A DNA stretch of 58,166 nucleotides, filler included, from Catajapyx aquilonaris (Eukaryota), in NCBI GenBank assembly GCA_000934665.2. It is 2 parts of 2 records of this genome, joined end to end, with 100 filler letters (N's around TTAATTAATTAA, not from the genome) between each part and the next. Parts side by side here need not be neighbours in the genome. Positions count along the whole stretch, not along the records: positions 1 to 29,165 come from JYFJ02004845.1; positions 29,266 to 58,166 come from KZ539232.1. One strand, written 5' to 3'. Below, in pieces: positions 22,845 through 34,527 of this stretch. Position 1 is the first letter of the stretch; the number at the start of each line of letters is the position of its first letter. The notes below the pieces were generated by a model, which made no database searches, was not told the origin of the DNA, and saw only the letters and a program-made list of their open reading frames with translations. The translations under genes and the position numbers were made by a program.

Positions 22845-23924
22845 GCAAACGATGCTCAAGAAAATGTGAAGAAGGGAAACCAGCAAGACATGCAGAGAAG
22901 GAAACACTTGGAGGGGAAGGTTTGTCAGATTTGCAAGAAGAAATTCACTTCCGGGAGTCATTTGAGGATTCACATGAGAATCCATGCAGGGGATTGGTTC
23001 AGCCAATTCAGTTGCAAGGTTTGCAAAAAAAAGTTTAATCAGTCAGGAATTTTGAATACACACATGAAGACGCACACAGGGGAGAAGCCATTCAGTTGCA
23101 TAATTTGCAAGAGAAAGTTTAGTGAGTCACGAAATTTGAATAATCATCTGAGAACCCACACAGGAGAGAAGCCATTCAGTTGCGAGGTTTGCAAGAGAAA
23201 GTTTAGTGAGCCAGGAAATTTGAATAGACATATGAGGATCCACACAGGGGAAAAGCCATTCAGTTGCGAGGTTTGTGAAAGAAAGTTTAGCCGATCAGAA
23301 CATTTGAATGACCACATGAATACCCACACAGGGGAGAAGCAATTCAGTTGCGAGGTTTGCAAGAGAAAGTTTAGTGAGTCAGGAAGTTTGAATGTCCACA
23401 TGAGGACCCACACAGGTGAAAATCTATTCAGTTGCTCAATCTGCAAGAAAATGTTAAGTCGGTCAGGAGATTTGGATAGACATATGAGGACCCACACAGG
23501 GGAGAAGCCATTCAGTTGCTCAATTTGCAAGAAAAGGTTTAGTGAGTCAGGAAGTTTGAATAAGCACATGAGAACCCACACAGGGGAGAAGCCATTCAGT
23601 TGCAAGGTTTGTGACAGAAAGTTTACTCTGTCAGGAAGTTTGAATACACACATGAAGACCCACACAGAAGAGAAGCCATACAGTTGCGAGGTTTGCAAGA
23701 GGAAGTTTAGTGAGCCAGGAAATTTGAATAGACACATGAGGACCCACACAGGGAAGAAGCCATTCAGCTGCAAGTTATGTGAGAGAAAGTTTAGCCAGGC
23801 AGGAACTTTGAATATCCACATGAGGACCCACACAGGGGAGAAGCCATTCAGTTGCTCAATTTGCAAGAGAAAGTTTAGTCACTCAGGAAGTTTGAATGCA
23901 CACATGAGGACCCACAGTGGGTAG
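22845..23924 (+). CDS. Tandem C2H2 zinc-finger array exon (copy 2), 12 fingers; no own 5' coding exon seen
   Basis: The acceptor tttcag|GCAAAC and about 100 bp of upstream intron are paralogous to those at 14605. The open frame has 12 intact C2H2 fingers and ends at a TAG within the linker SG*KP. Confidence 0.8.
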   Translation, partial: ANDAQENVKKGNQQDMQRRKHLEGKVCQICKKKFTSGSHLRIHMRIHAGDWFSQFSCKVCKKKFNQSGILNTHMKTHTGEKPFSCIICKRKFSESRNLNNHLRTHTGEKPFSCEVCKRKFSEPGNLNRHMRIHTGEKPFSCEVCERKFSRSEHLNDHMNTHTGEKQFSCEVCKRKFSESGSLNVHMRTHTGENLFSCSICKKMLSRSGDLDRHMRTHTGEKPFSCSICKKRFSESGSLNKHMRTHTGEKPFSCKVCDRKFTLSGSLNTHMKTHTEEKPYSCEVCKRKFSEPGNLNRHMRTHTGKKPFSCKLCERKFSQAGTLNIHMRTHTGEKPFSCSICKRKFSHSGSLNAHMRTHSG

Positions 23925-24063
23925 AAGCCATTCAGTTGCCTGATTTGCAAGATGATGTTTGCAGACTCCGAAAATTTGAAAAGGCGTGTGAAAACACACA
24001 CAAAAGAAAATTAATTTTGGTATGTTATCTTGATCAACCCTGTCCTGTGCAATGTTTATTAGT

Positions 24064-24065
<2 letters not shown>

Positions 24066-24135
<70 letters not shown>

Positions 24136-24479
24136 TTTTTACGTTACCCCGTGCTATGGCCATAGGCCCTTATAGGTTGGTGGAATACCACCATTTTTCC
24201 TTCAATTTTGCTGCTTTTTCCTTCGAACTCCGGTGCAAGGATGAAAGGACATGAGGTAAGGATATAGGGATTTTTGGGGAGGGAACATTGGTGCAAGTGC
24301 AATGTCGGTAAAGGGGACATGTGCTGTTCCCCAGGAGGTTAGGTTGCCAGACACCTCCTTGGTGCAGGTTAGAGACCCTCCTGACGCAGGTGAAAAGAAA
24401 GTTCCCGAGGCGGGGATCGAACCTATGGCCTTTCACACAGCAAGCCGTGACGTTACCATCACGGCCACCACACCTCCCC
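24066..24479 (-). mobile_element. tRNA-derived SINE (family B) with (TTA)n tail
   Basis: Minus-strand head GGGGAGGTGTGGTGGCCGTGATGG...GGTTCGATCCCC and an (AAT)n run at about 24066-24136. Confidence 0.8.
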
Positions 24480-24558
<79 letters not shown>

Positions 24559-24877
24559 GTGGGGGTAGTGCTCACCCAGAAGGTGTTTTGCACGGACCTT
24601 TATTCTCAATTCGTACGTTTGGAGCCTCGAACGAAGCGCCCGGGCCCACGGGCAGGATGACAGAAGGGGATGTGCAAGGTGCAGTGCGACTGACGCGGTG
24701 GCCATTTTTAGTGAACTCCCCCGGGTGGTTTAGTCTGTAGGAAACACCACCCGAGACGAAGCCAGAGGTGACCCTGACCTCTGCGCGACATGAAGGGGGT
24801 GTCCCCGGGCTGGGATTGAACCCGGGACCTTAACATCCGTGAGCGCGCACGTTACCGCGGCGCCACTCCGTCTCCCC
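24480..24877 (-). mobile_element. SINE family A with (TTA)n tail
   Basis: Homologous to the 12941 copy. TSD tttattagtta (24055-24065 / 24878-24888) encloses both this SINE and the adjacent family-B SINE. Confidence 0.85.
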
Positions 24878-24888
24878 TTTATTAGTTA

Positions 24889-25874
24889 CTAGCTGGTTAC
24901 CCGGCGTTGCCCGGGTATGTTGGGGTGCGGGTAAAGGTAGGGGTACATTTATACAGTATATATTAGGAAGTGTGTTTGTTTGTAAAAATTTCCCGTCCAT
25001 ACACTCGAAACTCGATACGTCTTAAAATAGGCCTTATAAGTTACAATCACACCCCCACCTCGTTCTCTGTTTGCTCTGAATAACCTTAGAAATGTACGTA
25101 CAGATGCATGGTGGAAAATTTTGTTTTCAACACGGAGTAATATTTGCAAATTCTGTATTATTTAATTGTATTTACTTTTGTCTGGAAGTCTACTTTCAAA
25201 TCCCACAAAATCCCGGAATTACCATAAGATACGAAGTCACGTGAGGTGGCCAATTAGCGTAATTGGTGGATGCGCTGAATTTACGGCGATGGTTTAACTT
25301 GCTAGGTGTTGTTGCATAAGGGCCATTCGTAGGGGAGACGAAGTGGCGCTGCGGAAATGTGCCCACGGATGTTAAGGTCCCGGGTTCGATCCCAGCCCGG
25401 GGTTCCGCCCTTCATCTCGTGCAGAGTTGGGTCGTCTCTGGCTTCGTTTCGGGTGGAATCTCCGCAGACTAATCCACCCGGGGGAGTTCACAAAATGTAC
25501 CCTTTGAGAATTGCACTTGCACCTTAGTCACCCTGCCCGTGGGTCCAGGCCCTACGTCAAAAAGGTTTCATCAACACGAAATAAAGGTCCCTCCCTGCGG
25601 TACGATGCAGGGAGGAAAATAGCCATATTTTTAAAAAGGCATTTCCATGAGAATGCAAATTGATATTGTTATCGAGTAAGAAGTGAGAAGTGGAATATGC
25701 GTGTTGTGGGAGTTAGGTTCATTTTCGGAAGCTGAAACATGCGGAGTTAGATTCCTTGGAAAAAGTAACCCCCGATATGCTAATTTAAGGCGGTGTAGGG
25801 GCCTTCCCCTGGATTTCTATAAGGGACAAACATCCAAACTCACAAACTCACAAACAAACGAACTAAAATATAGA
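24889..25874 (-). mobile_element. Non-autonomous Helitron-like element containing a nested SINE A (25332 to about 25590, +)
   Basis: On the minus strand: 5' A|TC start with a (TGAG/TTTG) microsatellite, and a 3' hairpin CCCGGGCAACGCCGGG followed by CTAG|T. Same end architecture as 31404-31777. Absent from the paralogous 3' region at about 15555. Confidence 0.7.
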
Positions 25875-26559
25875 TTAAGATAATGAACATTACTGATCGG
25901 GGCACCCTTGATGCGGATTTAGATTGAGTATGTTGAGGGAAAGATCATTATTGTGAGGGACCTAACCTTGTTATTCTTATGAAAACCCTATATAAGAGTC
26001 TCACTTTTGCAAAAATGTGACGCTTATTTTAGGGATAACTTTGTTATACATAAAACATAAATAACTGCGCTACACTTATGAAATGCCTATATAAGCGTAA
26101 CAGTTTGAATAAGTTGTGACACTTATTTAAATAATAGCCTCGTTACGCCTGATATAGTCGGTAGAGTCATTGCTGCTTTCGCTCCATTAAATTCCGAATC
26201 AAAAAAATTGCATTAGAAATCCTAATGATTGATTGGGAATTGAATGGCGCAAAAGCAGCAACGACTGCACAGACCATAAGGCTAACAATGTTGTGGTACA
26301 TTATATACAGGGTTATGGACTTTTATACTCCAAACTTTGTCGAGTTACGCGTATTATAAGGAATAAAAAAATTGATTACCAACTTTTTATTTTACCTTTG
26401 ACTTCCATCCACTTTGACCATTTTTAATGCAACAGTGCGGAAAATAGTGACTTACATGATTTCTTATTTACCTGCTGTTCTTATTGGGAAGCACGGCAGT
26501 GCGTCCGCCAAGGCTCCTCCCGGCTCCCACTCTCCCTCCGCCCTCCTCCCTCCCACCAC

Positions 26560-26791
26560 CCGTGGCGGATCCAGCAATTTTTTTCTAGGGGAGGGGGGGG
26601 GGGCGCAGTGCCCGCCGCAGGGATTTTTTTTTCTCGATTCAAGGTCACAACCCTTCCTCGTGACCTCATATTTGGGGTAAAAAGGAAAAGAACCCGCAAC
26701 TTTGCACTGTTCTAGAGGATTTTTGCGAGTTTTTCCCTCCGTTTTTTTNGGCGATCGCCCTTACGCCCCCTCCCCCCTGGATCCGCCCCTG
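26560..26791. mobile_element. hAT-like MITE
   Basis: TIR ccgtggcggatccag / ctggatccgcccctg with a near 8-bp TSD (cccaccac / ccctccac). Confidence 0.6.
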
Positions 26792-27892
26792 CCCTCCACC
26801 CTCCACCCGAACTGCCCCTTCCTTTACAGGAACCCATAGTTACTCTACACACGAGCCCCTTGTAACTCGGGACTGGGTAAGGCTGGAGGTCTGATATTTG
26901 CATGGGCTGGTCTTACAGCGGGAAAGACCCCATATTTTTTTAAAAAATCATGCAATTTGGACAAACGGTCTCCGGTTTATAAGGGCCCAAACAAGACTAT
27001 TTTCCTGGGTATAACAATATAGGATTTGGGACGCAAATGTTTTGGTACTTCCAGCTATGCTGGACGCACCAAATTTGGCACAAAAATAGGTCCTGCTTTC
27101 AAACCTCCGGGAAAATTCCAATGTTTCAAGTAGGTCATCCTGGTTCAGGATGGTGGCCATTATAACCAGAAAAAAATTCCGACTTCATCCAGAAACAATG
27201 ACAACAATGTGAAGTGTTGCATAGACTCTTTGACTAGCACAACACTGTAGCCTATATTATAGAACAGAAGGAGTTATCCTGTGCTCCTCATTTCCCTGCC
27301 CACCTACGCCTTCGGCAGGGATTACAACAGTGACTGGGCCGCAAAAGAGGTAGCCATTTTGCCATAGAGTAATTCCACGCCGGAAGAGTCATTATCCAAA
27401 AATGAAGTCACGCATTGTGATGCCCTCAAAGTTCACCGATACGCACCCCCGACCCACACTTTTACACCTTCTGAGGTGCATAACTCCCAGTGGAATGATG
27501 TAATCGGAACCAAACTTGGTGGTAGTAACAAGGATGGGTGTCACAACAATGTGGTGTAAGGACGTTGCTGTAGGTCATCTCCATCCACGTCACGCGCTGG
27601 ACATGTAACTCGAAAACTGGACGTAGTAGGAGATTTTCAATGCCATTTTCGTAATCTGCAGAGAAAATAGGTTCAGATAGACATATCCATTTCAAAACAA
27701 CAAAACCTTGCGTATTAGTGTAATAATTAGTTAATGACTTAATTTAGTCTCTCACTTCAAGGAAAGGCAGCAAATCGTGTTGGTGTCAGTGATAAAGTAC
27801 GAGGTGTGATAGAAAAATTCCCGGATTTTCGATATACTCGTCCCGAGGAGTTGGGTTTTGAGGGGGCTCCCCTCTTTTATCGCCCCTCCCCC

Positions 27893-28145
27893 GCCCTCAG
27901 GCTGAAGGTGTCCACCAGGACGGAAGGAAGAGGAGGGCTCTTGAGGGTGGAGACTGCCTGCTTCTTCTGCGGAGAAGGAGGTCAACCTGAGGTGGCAGCC
28001 ACCCTTCTCCTTTTCCAATTTGCAATGAGCAGAATCGACAGATGTCATCACTCCCGAAGAGGGTCAGAGGTCGCTCCCCTCTCTCCGATATCCTCTGGGA
28101 TCCCTTCACATCTTGACTAGACACACTGATAGAACAGCCCGATTC
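27893..28145 (+). pseudogene. Fragmentary pseudogene copy of the ionotropic receptor
   Basis: Matches IR nt about 5933-6020 fused to about 6513-6656 (ALRLKVSTR...RVETACFFCGEGGQ / AATLLL..FAMSRIDR), then frameshifts. The IR downstream flank (about 7790-7993) is also duplicated at about 28590-29068. Confidence 0.9.
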
Positions 28146-28769
28146 TTATTGTGGGTGAAGGGACCAGGTGACCAGGTGAATGTCAGATAAATATTCCTAT
28201 TAAGATGGAAGGAAGTCACCAGGCACCAACCAGGCAGTATTTTAATGCGTATTTTTGAAAGATATTCACTACGTACCTGTTCATTCACTAAGCATTTGAA
28301 GAGGTGTCCTATCCCTTTTTTCATGGTAATTTCATTTTCAGAACTTCTGCCTCAGGGTTCAGGCACTCTTAAGAAATTATTACACAATCTACTACCGACA
28401 AGGCTAGAGTTGTAAAATAGCCGGAAATTTTGAATGACGGAAAAAATTGGGGGTTTCCCCTGCTTTTTTGGAAAAAAAACGATTTTTTTTTTGGGGGGGG
28501 GGGGGGGAAATATTTTTTTCTCGCAGGAATTCAGATATTTCCACAAAACAGTTCGCATATTATGGAGTCCTCTTTATATTGTGGAATTTAAAAACACAAA
28601 ACATTAATATTATAACCCACAATATAAATCGACAAGATAAAGTGTACCATTATTGACTTTTACCTTGCTTTTACTTATCCTGGGGAGAATCCCCTCCTCA
28701 TTGTCTAGTATAGTCTAGCTCTAAAGAAACAGCTATAGCGAGCCCCATTGGAAGGCACATAACCCTTAA

Positions 28770-29023
28770 CCCTGGAACAGTGCCGGGCCTGAAAGTTACG
28801 GCAACCGTGCCGTTGGGTCTTTTAGGACCCCATCCATATTTTAATTTTTATTAATTTTTATACGATACTTTTCAATGCATTGACTATAGACAATCATTCT
28901 TTTAACAATGCTTAAAATGACCGCTAATTCAAAATAAACATGCACTTCCTATTATATACTCTAAAAAATGGCAAAAGTTCATTGAATTGTGGTCCAAAAA
29001 GGCCCCACGGCACGCTTCCAGGG
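28770..29023. mobile_element. piggyBac-type MITE, 254 bp
   Basis: TTAA|CCCTGGAACAGTGCCG ... CGGCACGCTTCCAGGG|TTAA. The paralogous flank at about 7945-7955 is empty. Confidence 0.9.
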
Positions 29024-29165
29024 TTAACTGCTGAGGTGGCAGCTGAGAGGCGCCAAGCACTATTTAAACCAGGGATGTGATCCGAAATGAAATTGTATTA
29101 TTTGGTACGATTCTTCGACAGTTCTGGATCACCACAGTGTTTCGTGATCCGAAATTAAACCGGCA

Positions 29166-29265
29166 NNNNNNNNNNNNNNNNNNNNNNNNNNNNNNNNNNN
29201 NNNNNNNNNTTAATTAATTAANNNNNNNNNNNNNNNNNNNNNNNNNNNNNNNNNNNNNNNNNNNN
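29166..29265. other. Artificial assembly spacer
   Basis: 44 N + TTAATTAATTAA (stops in all six frames) + 44 N = exactly 100 nt. Confidence 0.9.
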
Positions 29266-30976
29266 TGCAACACTATCACATATTAATTATTTTTAGTAAA
29301 GTTATTAGTGACATACAAAATGAGTAAGTTCCATTGTGTGGGCAACAATGTGCTTTATACATAGACAGTTTCACATGTTGAAAACATGAACAACTTTACT
29401 AAATAAAAATAAATGTTGAAAAAGTGTTCCATGGTACAGCACTCTCCCCTAGTATTTAAGTTGAACTTGGTGTTGGTCAATGTAAGTAGAATTGATTGAA
29501 AGCAGAGGAATAATTATAAATTTTCTATCCCGGGAGCCTTGGGAGCCCGTTTGTAAGTACAGATCACTGTAAGTCGGGTCATTCGTAAACCGGGGACTAC
29601 CTGTACTGCTAAGTTACTGTAACTAGCAGTGGGACCAAAATTCGACCGAAGCCTGTTTTCAAAAATCCTCAAAATTAATGGCCTAATTACAGTTGAAAAA
29701 GTGACAATGACTTTTACCTCACTGAATTCCGCCGCCTTAGCTAATTTGCGTGAAGACATCACAAGTTGTCACCAGATCCTGCCTAACTGTCAAGCAACCA
29801 AATAAGAGGACTGTCTACCTTCTCGGACCTTTGCCCTCTTACGTAAATAACAAGAGCATCTAATAATCTAGTGTTGTGATAACCGGATTCCTTCTTGGGA
29901 GCATGACAACAGTCATGGACATGAAAACAGATCAGTGAGGTCACATGGACCTGTTATCTCATAATTTTTATCACAAGATACCCACGTGCCATTATTTTTC
30001 AACACAAAGCACGTGGCTCGACCTTTGCACCTGGATATACTCAAGACATGGTAGATATTACCTCAGATCGAATCATCAGCAAGGGTTCCTCCAGCATTCG
30101 TCTGTGTCTGCGAGGTTGCCCCAGGTCCCACCATGCCTGCCACACCCAAGTCGCTGCTTGCTGAATGAAGCTCATTCTTTTCACTTCACCTGAAAAATAT
30201 GTATCTTAATGATGATGTTCACGATTATACTTGGAGTTTCTGAAATAAGTGCTACATTCGCAAAAATTCTTTAAGTGTGGAGTTGAGGGCCATAGGCAAC
30301 ACATGGTTGAATGGCAGCACACTCCTATATATTGCGCTTGTTTTTTAATAGCCGAGATTGCGAGATATGTCACCTGTAATTCGGAAGAAGACCTGGCTCG
30401 GATGTACCAACAGGGAGAGCCCTGTGTTTGAATGGGCCTGTAAAGGGTGGGAATGCTAACAGCAGTGTCCTGAAGAGAAGCAGAATCCTAGCGAATGAAC
30501 AGATGAGAAGGGATAACTGAGATTTGGGAGTGAACTTCGGACCTCTGTTCATGGGCACCCATAAAACGGTAGCTCCACTTCACATTTTGTTTTTATAGGT
30601 AGTATTTGTATTTCACAATCTTTCCTGATCTTGGGGTATAAGGGAAAAAATAGTTTATGATCTGAACTGTCACCGTAGATAAAGTATTATGAACTCCTAT
30701 CAATGTCATTAACTTTTCAAGTACTTTTATCACAAATATAATATCTGGTTCAAGATATTTCCATCATAATTTCCCAACGTAATTTAGTATATCGCTAAAT
30801 GAGCACAACTGGGATTGTCCTGACAAGTAGACTCCCCGACCGTCATGGGTGTCCGTACCCCTAGGATATGCCCTAACTGAATGTAAATAAGGGAGATACT
30901 GACCCTCTGGAACATAAGGGCAAATTCAGGTGTCTGTGGGAATTAATTATATATGGACAGTGGAAGGACACAACTG

Positions 30977-31210
30977 AAGCAGGTTGGCATGGTGAATATA
31001 AGGCGTCCAACTGCTAATCGGGAGGTCCTGGGTTCAAATATCGGGGCAGACGATCCTGACCGTGGTTTTCTGTGGTCTTCCACGGTCTTCCTAGGATAAT
31101 TCCGGGGTCGCTTCTGTATAATAGGCCACAGCCGCTTCCTTCCTTCCCTATCCTTGGAGGTTGAAGAGGCAATGCCAGGCCAACCTCCCTAATATCAATT
31201 ATAAAGTGGA
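30977..31210 (+). mobile_element. tRNA-derived SINE family C (tRNA-Ser(GCT)-like ACTGCTAATC loop)
   Basis: gaagcaggttgg...taaggcgtcc..ctgctaatcgggaggtcctgggttc. Further copies at about 37400-37620 and 56376-56560. Confidence 0.8.
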
Positions 31211-31403
31211 AGGACGCAGAAGAACACCAAGTAAACCCACACCCACACGGAGAGGGAACCTCCTGAATATCTTTCCAATCCTTTTCCGGACCTGGGAATC
31301 GAACGTGGGAGCTCAGAGGTGACAGGGTGGCTGTTGCTGTTATGCCACAGTGTCACCCTTGGAACTACAGGTATCAGTCTACTGACAATGCACAAAACTG
31401 ACA

Positions 31404-31777
31404 TCTATGTAAATAAAACCGTTTGTGAGTCTGTCTGTCTTTCTGTCTGTCTGTCCGCCTGCCAACCGTCATTTGCCTGCCATCTGCGGTCCGGGTGGGA
31501 AGGACGGGAGGGGTTGCAGCTGAGGTGGGATTAGAGTAGATCCAGATTGTGAGCAGGTGGGAGGAGGGAGCGCCGGAGAGGAGCTATTGTTCTCCGGCGG
31601 CTTAATCAGGAGCAGATGGACAAGGTGGCACGTGCAAAAGTCCACTTTTTGCCAAGTCCAAAACGTCTGGGAAAACTGTCATGGCAGCTCTCTGTGCGTG
31701 AAAATTTTGACGGGGCTACTGGCAGGTGTTTTCCCTTCATTCATTTCTTCCCGGGCAACTCCGGGTGCTGCAGCTAG
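31404..31777 (+). mobile_element. Non-autonomous Helitron-like element
   Basis: A|TCTAT start, (CTGT)n microsatellite, 3' hairpin cccgggcaactccggg, then CTAG|T. Confidence 0.75.
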
Positions 31778-33666
31778 TGTACACATAAATTGCATTTAAA
31801 AATTCATGAATTGACTCCATATAACAAGCATGCAGAAAACATACACACCTGACACGTAGGGAACACACACGACTCTGTTGAGCAACTTTCTGAGATAATA
31901 ATCCAACTTCATAATACACACCTGCAATATATTGCGTTGTATGGTGTTTAAAAAGCTGTTCCACTAAAATTGTCATTATTGCAACAGATGAGTCATTACT
32001 GTATAATTATCTTGAGCCACTTCCAATGTTCGAGGGCCATATGTATTCAAATAATTGACGAAATAATCATTTACTTGAATAGCATAATAATTATATTTAC
32101 GCAAGAGTGACACTAAAATGATTCCAAATGGCATGTGGAATTACATCCGATGCTGCAACATTGTTCTCTCCCGTAATTTAGAAAACAACCATGTGAACCA
32201 GTAATTTGACACAAATTTTATGTTAAACACCATATTTAATACTTGCAAGTGTGTAATATTATGAAGATTCCCGCATTGTGAAGATGTGGGAAATACTGTA
32301 CTCTTATAACATTGATCTAATAAAAGATAGTAATGTTTTAACACATGCAAAAATTTCAAAAAATCAGTAGTTACAATAATGACATAGAAATTATGATCCC
32401 TTCAATATGGCCACAAAATATAAATCAGAGAGCACCTGCAATAAAGAAACCTACCACTCACTCAATATCCATGGCAAGCACTTTTCCTGTGAAATGGGGA
32501 CTTTTTTCTCTATACCCTGTACCAAGCTTGTACTTGTGTGGGACTTTTCTTCCTCCTTCTCAGAGGGTGTGTCAAGGGTCGTCACACTCATAGATTTAGA
32601 ATGAGGAGGTAAAACAAGCGAAACCAGAAAAGTGACACAAAGATAGTGGCTATCATATTGCTCCATGTTAGGTCAATAAGCTTAACAGGAATGGACTGCA
32701 TTATTACTGATACTCTTGCTCCTTTGGCCCTTCATACCTTCCCTCAATACCATCTTCAGACATTCATCTCCCTGTAGCCAAGTATTCCCACAAATACAAT
32801 ATACATATTGAGTCTTAACTGCAGATAATTCAGCTGCCATTGGTTAGATTGACCTAATACAAGTCAAAAATATAGCTGTGAGAAATGTCGTATCACTAAC
32901 CGGGAACAATGTGGATGTCGGTGAACGTTACTCACAACTGCGGCTATTCTTGGGGTCTCATCTGTGCATACGTTCCCAGATAAGGTGCAATGCTGTTGGG
33001 CATGTGCATGTAAAGGCCACTCAAACGTACATCATCGTCTGTGTCGTTACTGGTTATTGCCTGGACATTTCTCACCCTACATTTTAGACTTGTTTTGAGC
33101 CAACCTAGACACTGGCAGCTAGATGCCCTAGAGTTCTGACTCACCCTGTGTATCAGTATAATTCTGAAAGTGTGTAAATGATTGCACTCTGCGCAAAGAA
33201 AATTCTAAAATACACACGCCATTCTGCTTGTAGAGGGTCCAGCTTCTCACCTCTGCCTCCTTTAATGACTGTGTTTTATGGCTGTACACTTAGTACAGAT
33301 GTATTACAGAAGCTCAATTAAACTTGTTTACTGATCCTAGAAAAGCGTGTGTTCGCCCATAGAAGACGATTCCCTTCTACCAAAAATAGCATGAAAGTCA
33401 AGGTTGGAGTATTTCAAAAAATTAATTTTCTATTTTCCAATTTTCCAAACAAAACGAAATTTTTGATGGTCTAAGTCTCATCGTTGCACTTTTACGATTA
33501 ATTTCAGCTCTCGTGTAGCATTCATCAACAGTTGATATTTGAGGAGATACAGCCACTTTTCAGATACCATTCAGCATCTTGATCGTAAATTCCACCTGTC
33601 CTCGTAACATCCCTTTTTAAACAATCAGAGGAATATCTCATAAGCATGGTTGTTTACAGAGTACTA

Positions 33667-34116
33667 CAGGGTGGGGCAAAAGTCATGGGCGGATTAAAAC
33701 AACGCAGCATAGCGTAAGTAACGAATGATTATATTTTAAAAAAATTACACTACACAGAGAAAGATATATGCCATTTAAGGATCAAGGTCCAAAGAAGTCA
33801 CTTCTTGAACACCGGATAGATGTCCACCTTTGCGGGCAACACATTGTTCCCTGAAGCACCAGACAAAACCCTTCATGACGCGCTCCAGCATGTCCAGGGA
33901 AATGTTTCTCACGGTGTGTCTTATCTGATCCTTAAGATCAGCCAATGACTGAGGATGTGTGGTTCCAGTGTTGTTTTCATAAAGTGACTTTTTTAGACCT
34001 TGATCCATAAATGGCATATCTTTCTCTGTGTAGTGTAATTTTTTAAATATATAATCGTTCGTTACTTACGCCATACTGCGTCATTTTAATCCGCCCATGA
34101 CTTTTGCCCCACCCTG
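33667..34116. mobile_element. Tc1/mariner-superfamily MITE with about 140-bp TIRs and a transposase C-terminal remnant
   Basis: TA|CAGGGTGGGGCAAAAGTCATG TIRs. Internal minus-strand LKKSLYEN...PQSLADLKDQIR...MLERVM...QCVARKGGHL resembles the C-terminus of a DD37D/maT-like transposase. Confidence 0.85.
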
Positions 34117-34527
34117 TGTGTTCATTGCAAAACTGGTTTTAACAATATCCTTCATACCAAGAGCTAATCATGGTACGACCTGACATGGAATGACCCATAA
34201 GCATATTATTATTGCAATATTGATAACCGCACTGGTCACTTCAATATTGGAACACGCATTCAGCATGGACGATGTCAGAGCACAAAACGAAATCCATTGT
34301 TGGGAATGAAGAACCATTTTTTACATTAAGCAAATTATCACTGCAACTAGACTAGTTTAAGTAGCTAGCACTTGAAACTTGAAAGTCATGTCGAGCACTC
34401 TCTTTTTGTTCCAACCCTTTCACAACCAGTTGCTGGCCTCCCTACAGATTCCTGTTCTTTCAGTGTACTGAGCTATTGAAGTACTACAACTAGTTGCAGT
34501 GATAAGCTGCCAAGTGTACACAATACA

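Noticed and set aside
23144..23866. 240-aa antisense ORF with LNGFSPVWVLM repeats
   Set aside because: Well-known shadow frame of tandem C2H2 arrays, not an independent gene.
23936..24740. Poly-Ile, poly-Asn and poly-Tyr ORFs (also 51759-51944)
   Set aside because: These are (AAT)n SINE tails.
27987..27999. Deletion-junction filler ctgaggtggcagc identical to 29031-29043 (possible templated insertion)
   Set aside because: Only 13 bp, about half of it already explained by IR sequence; cannot be distinguished from chance.
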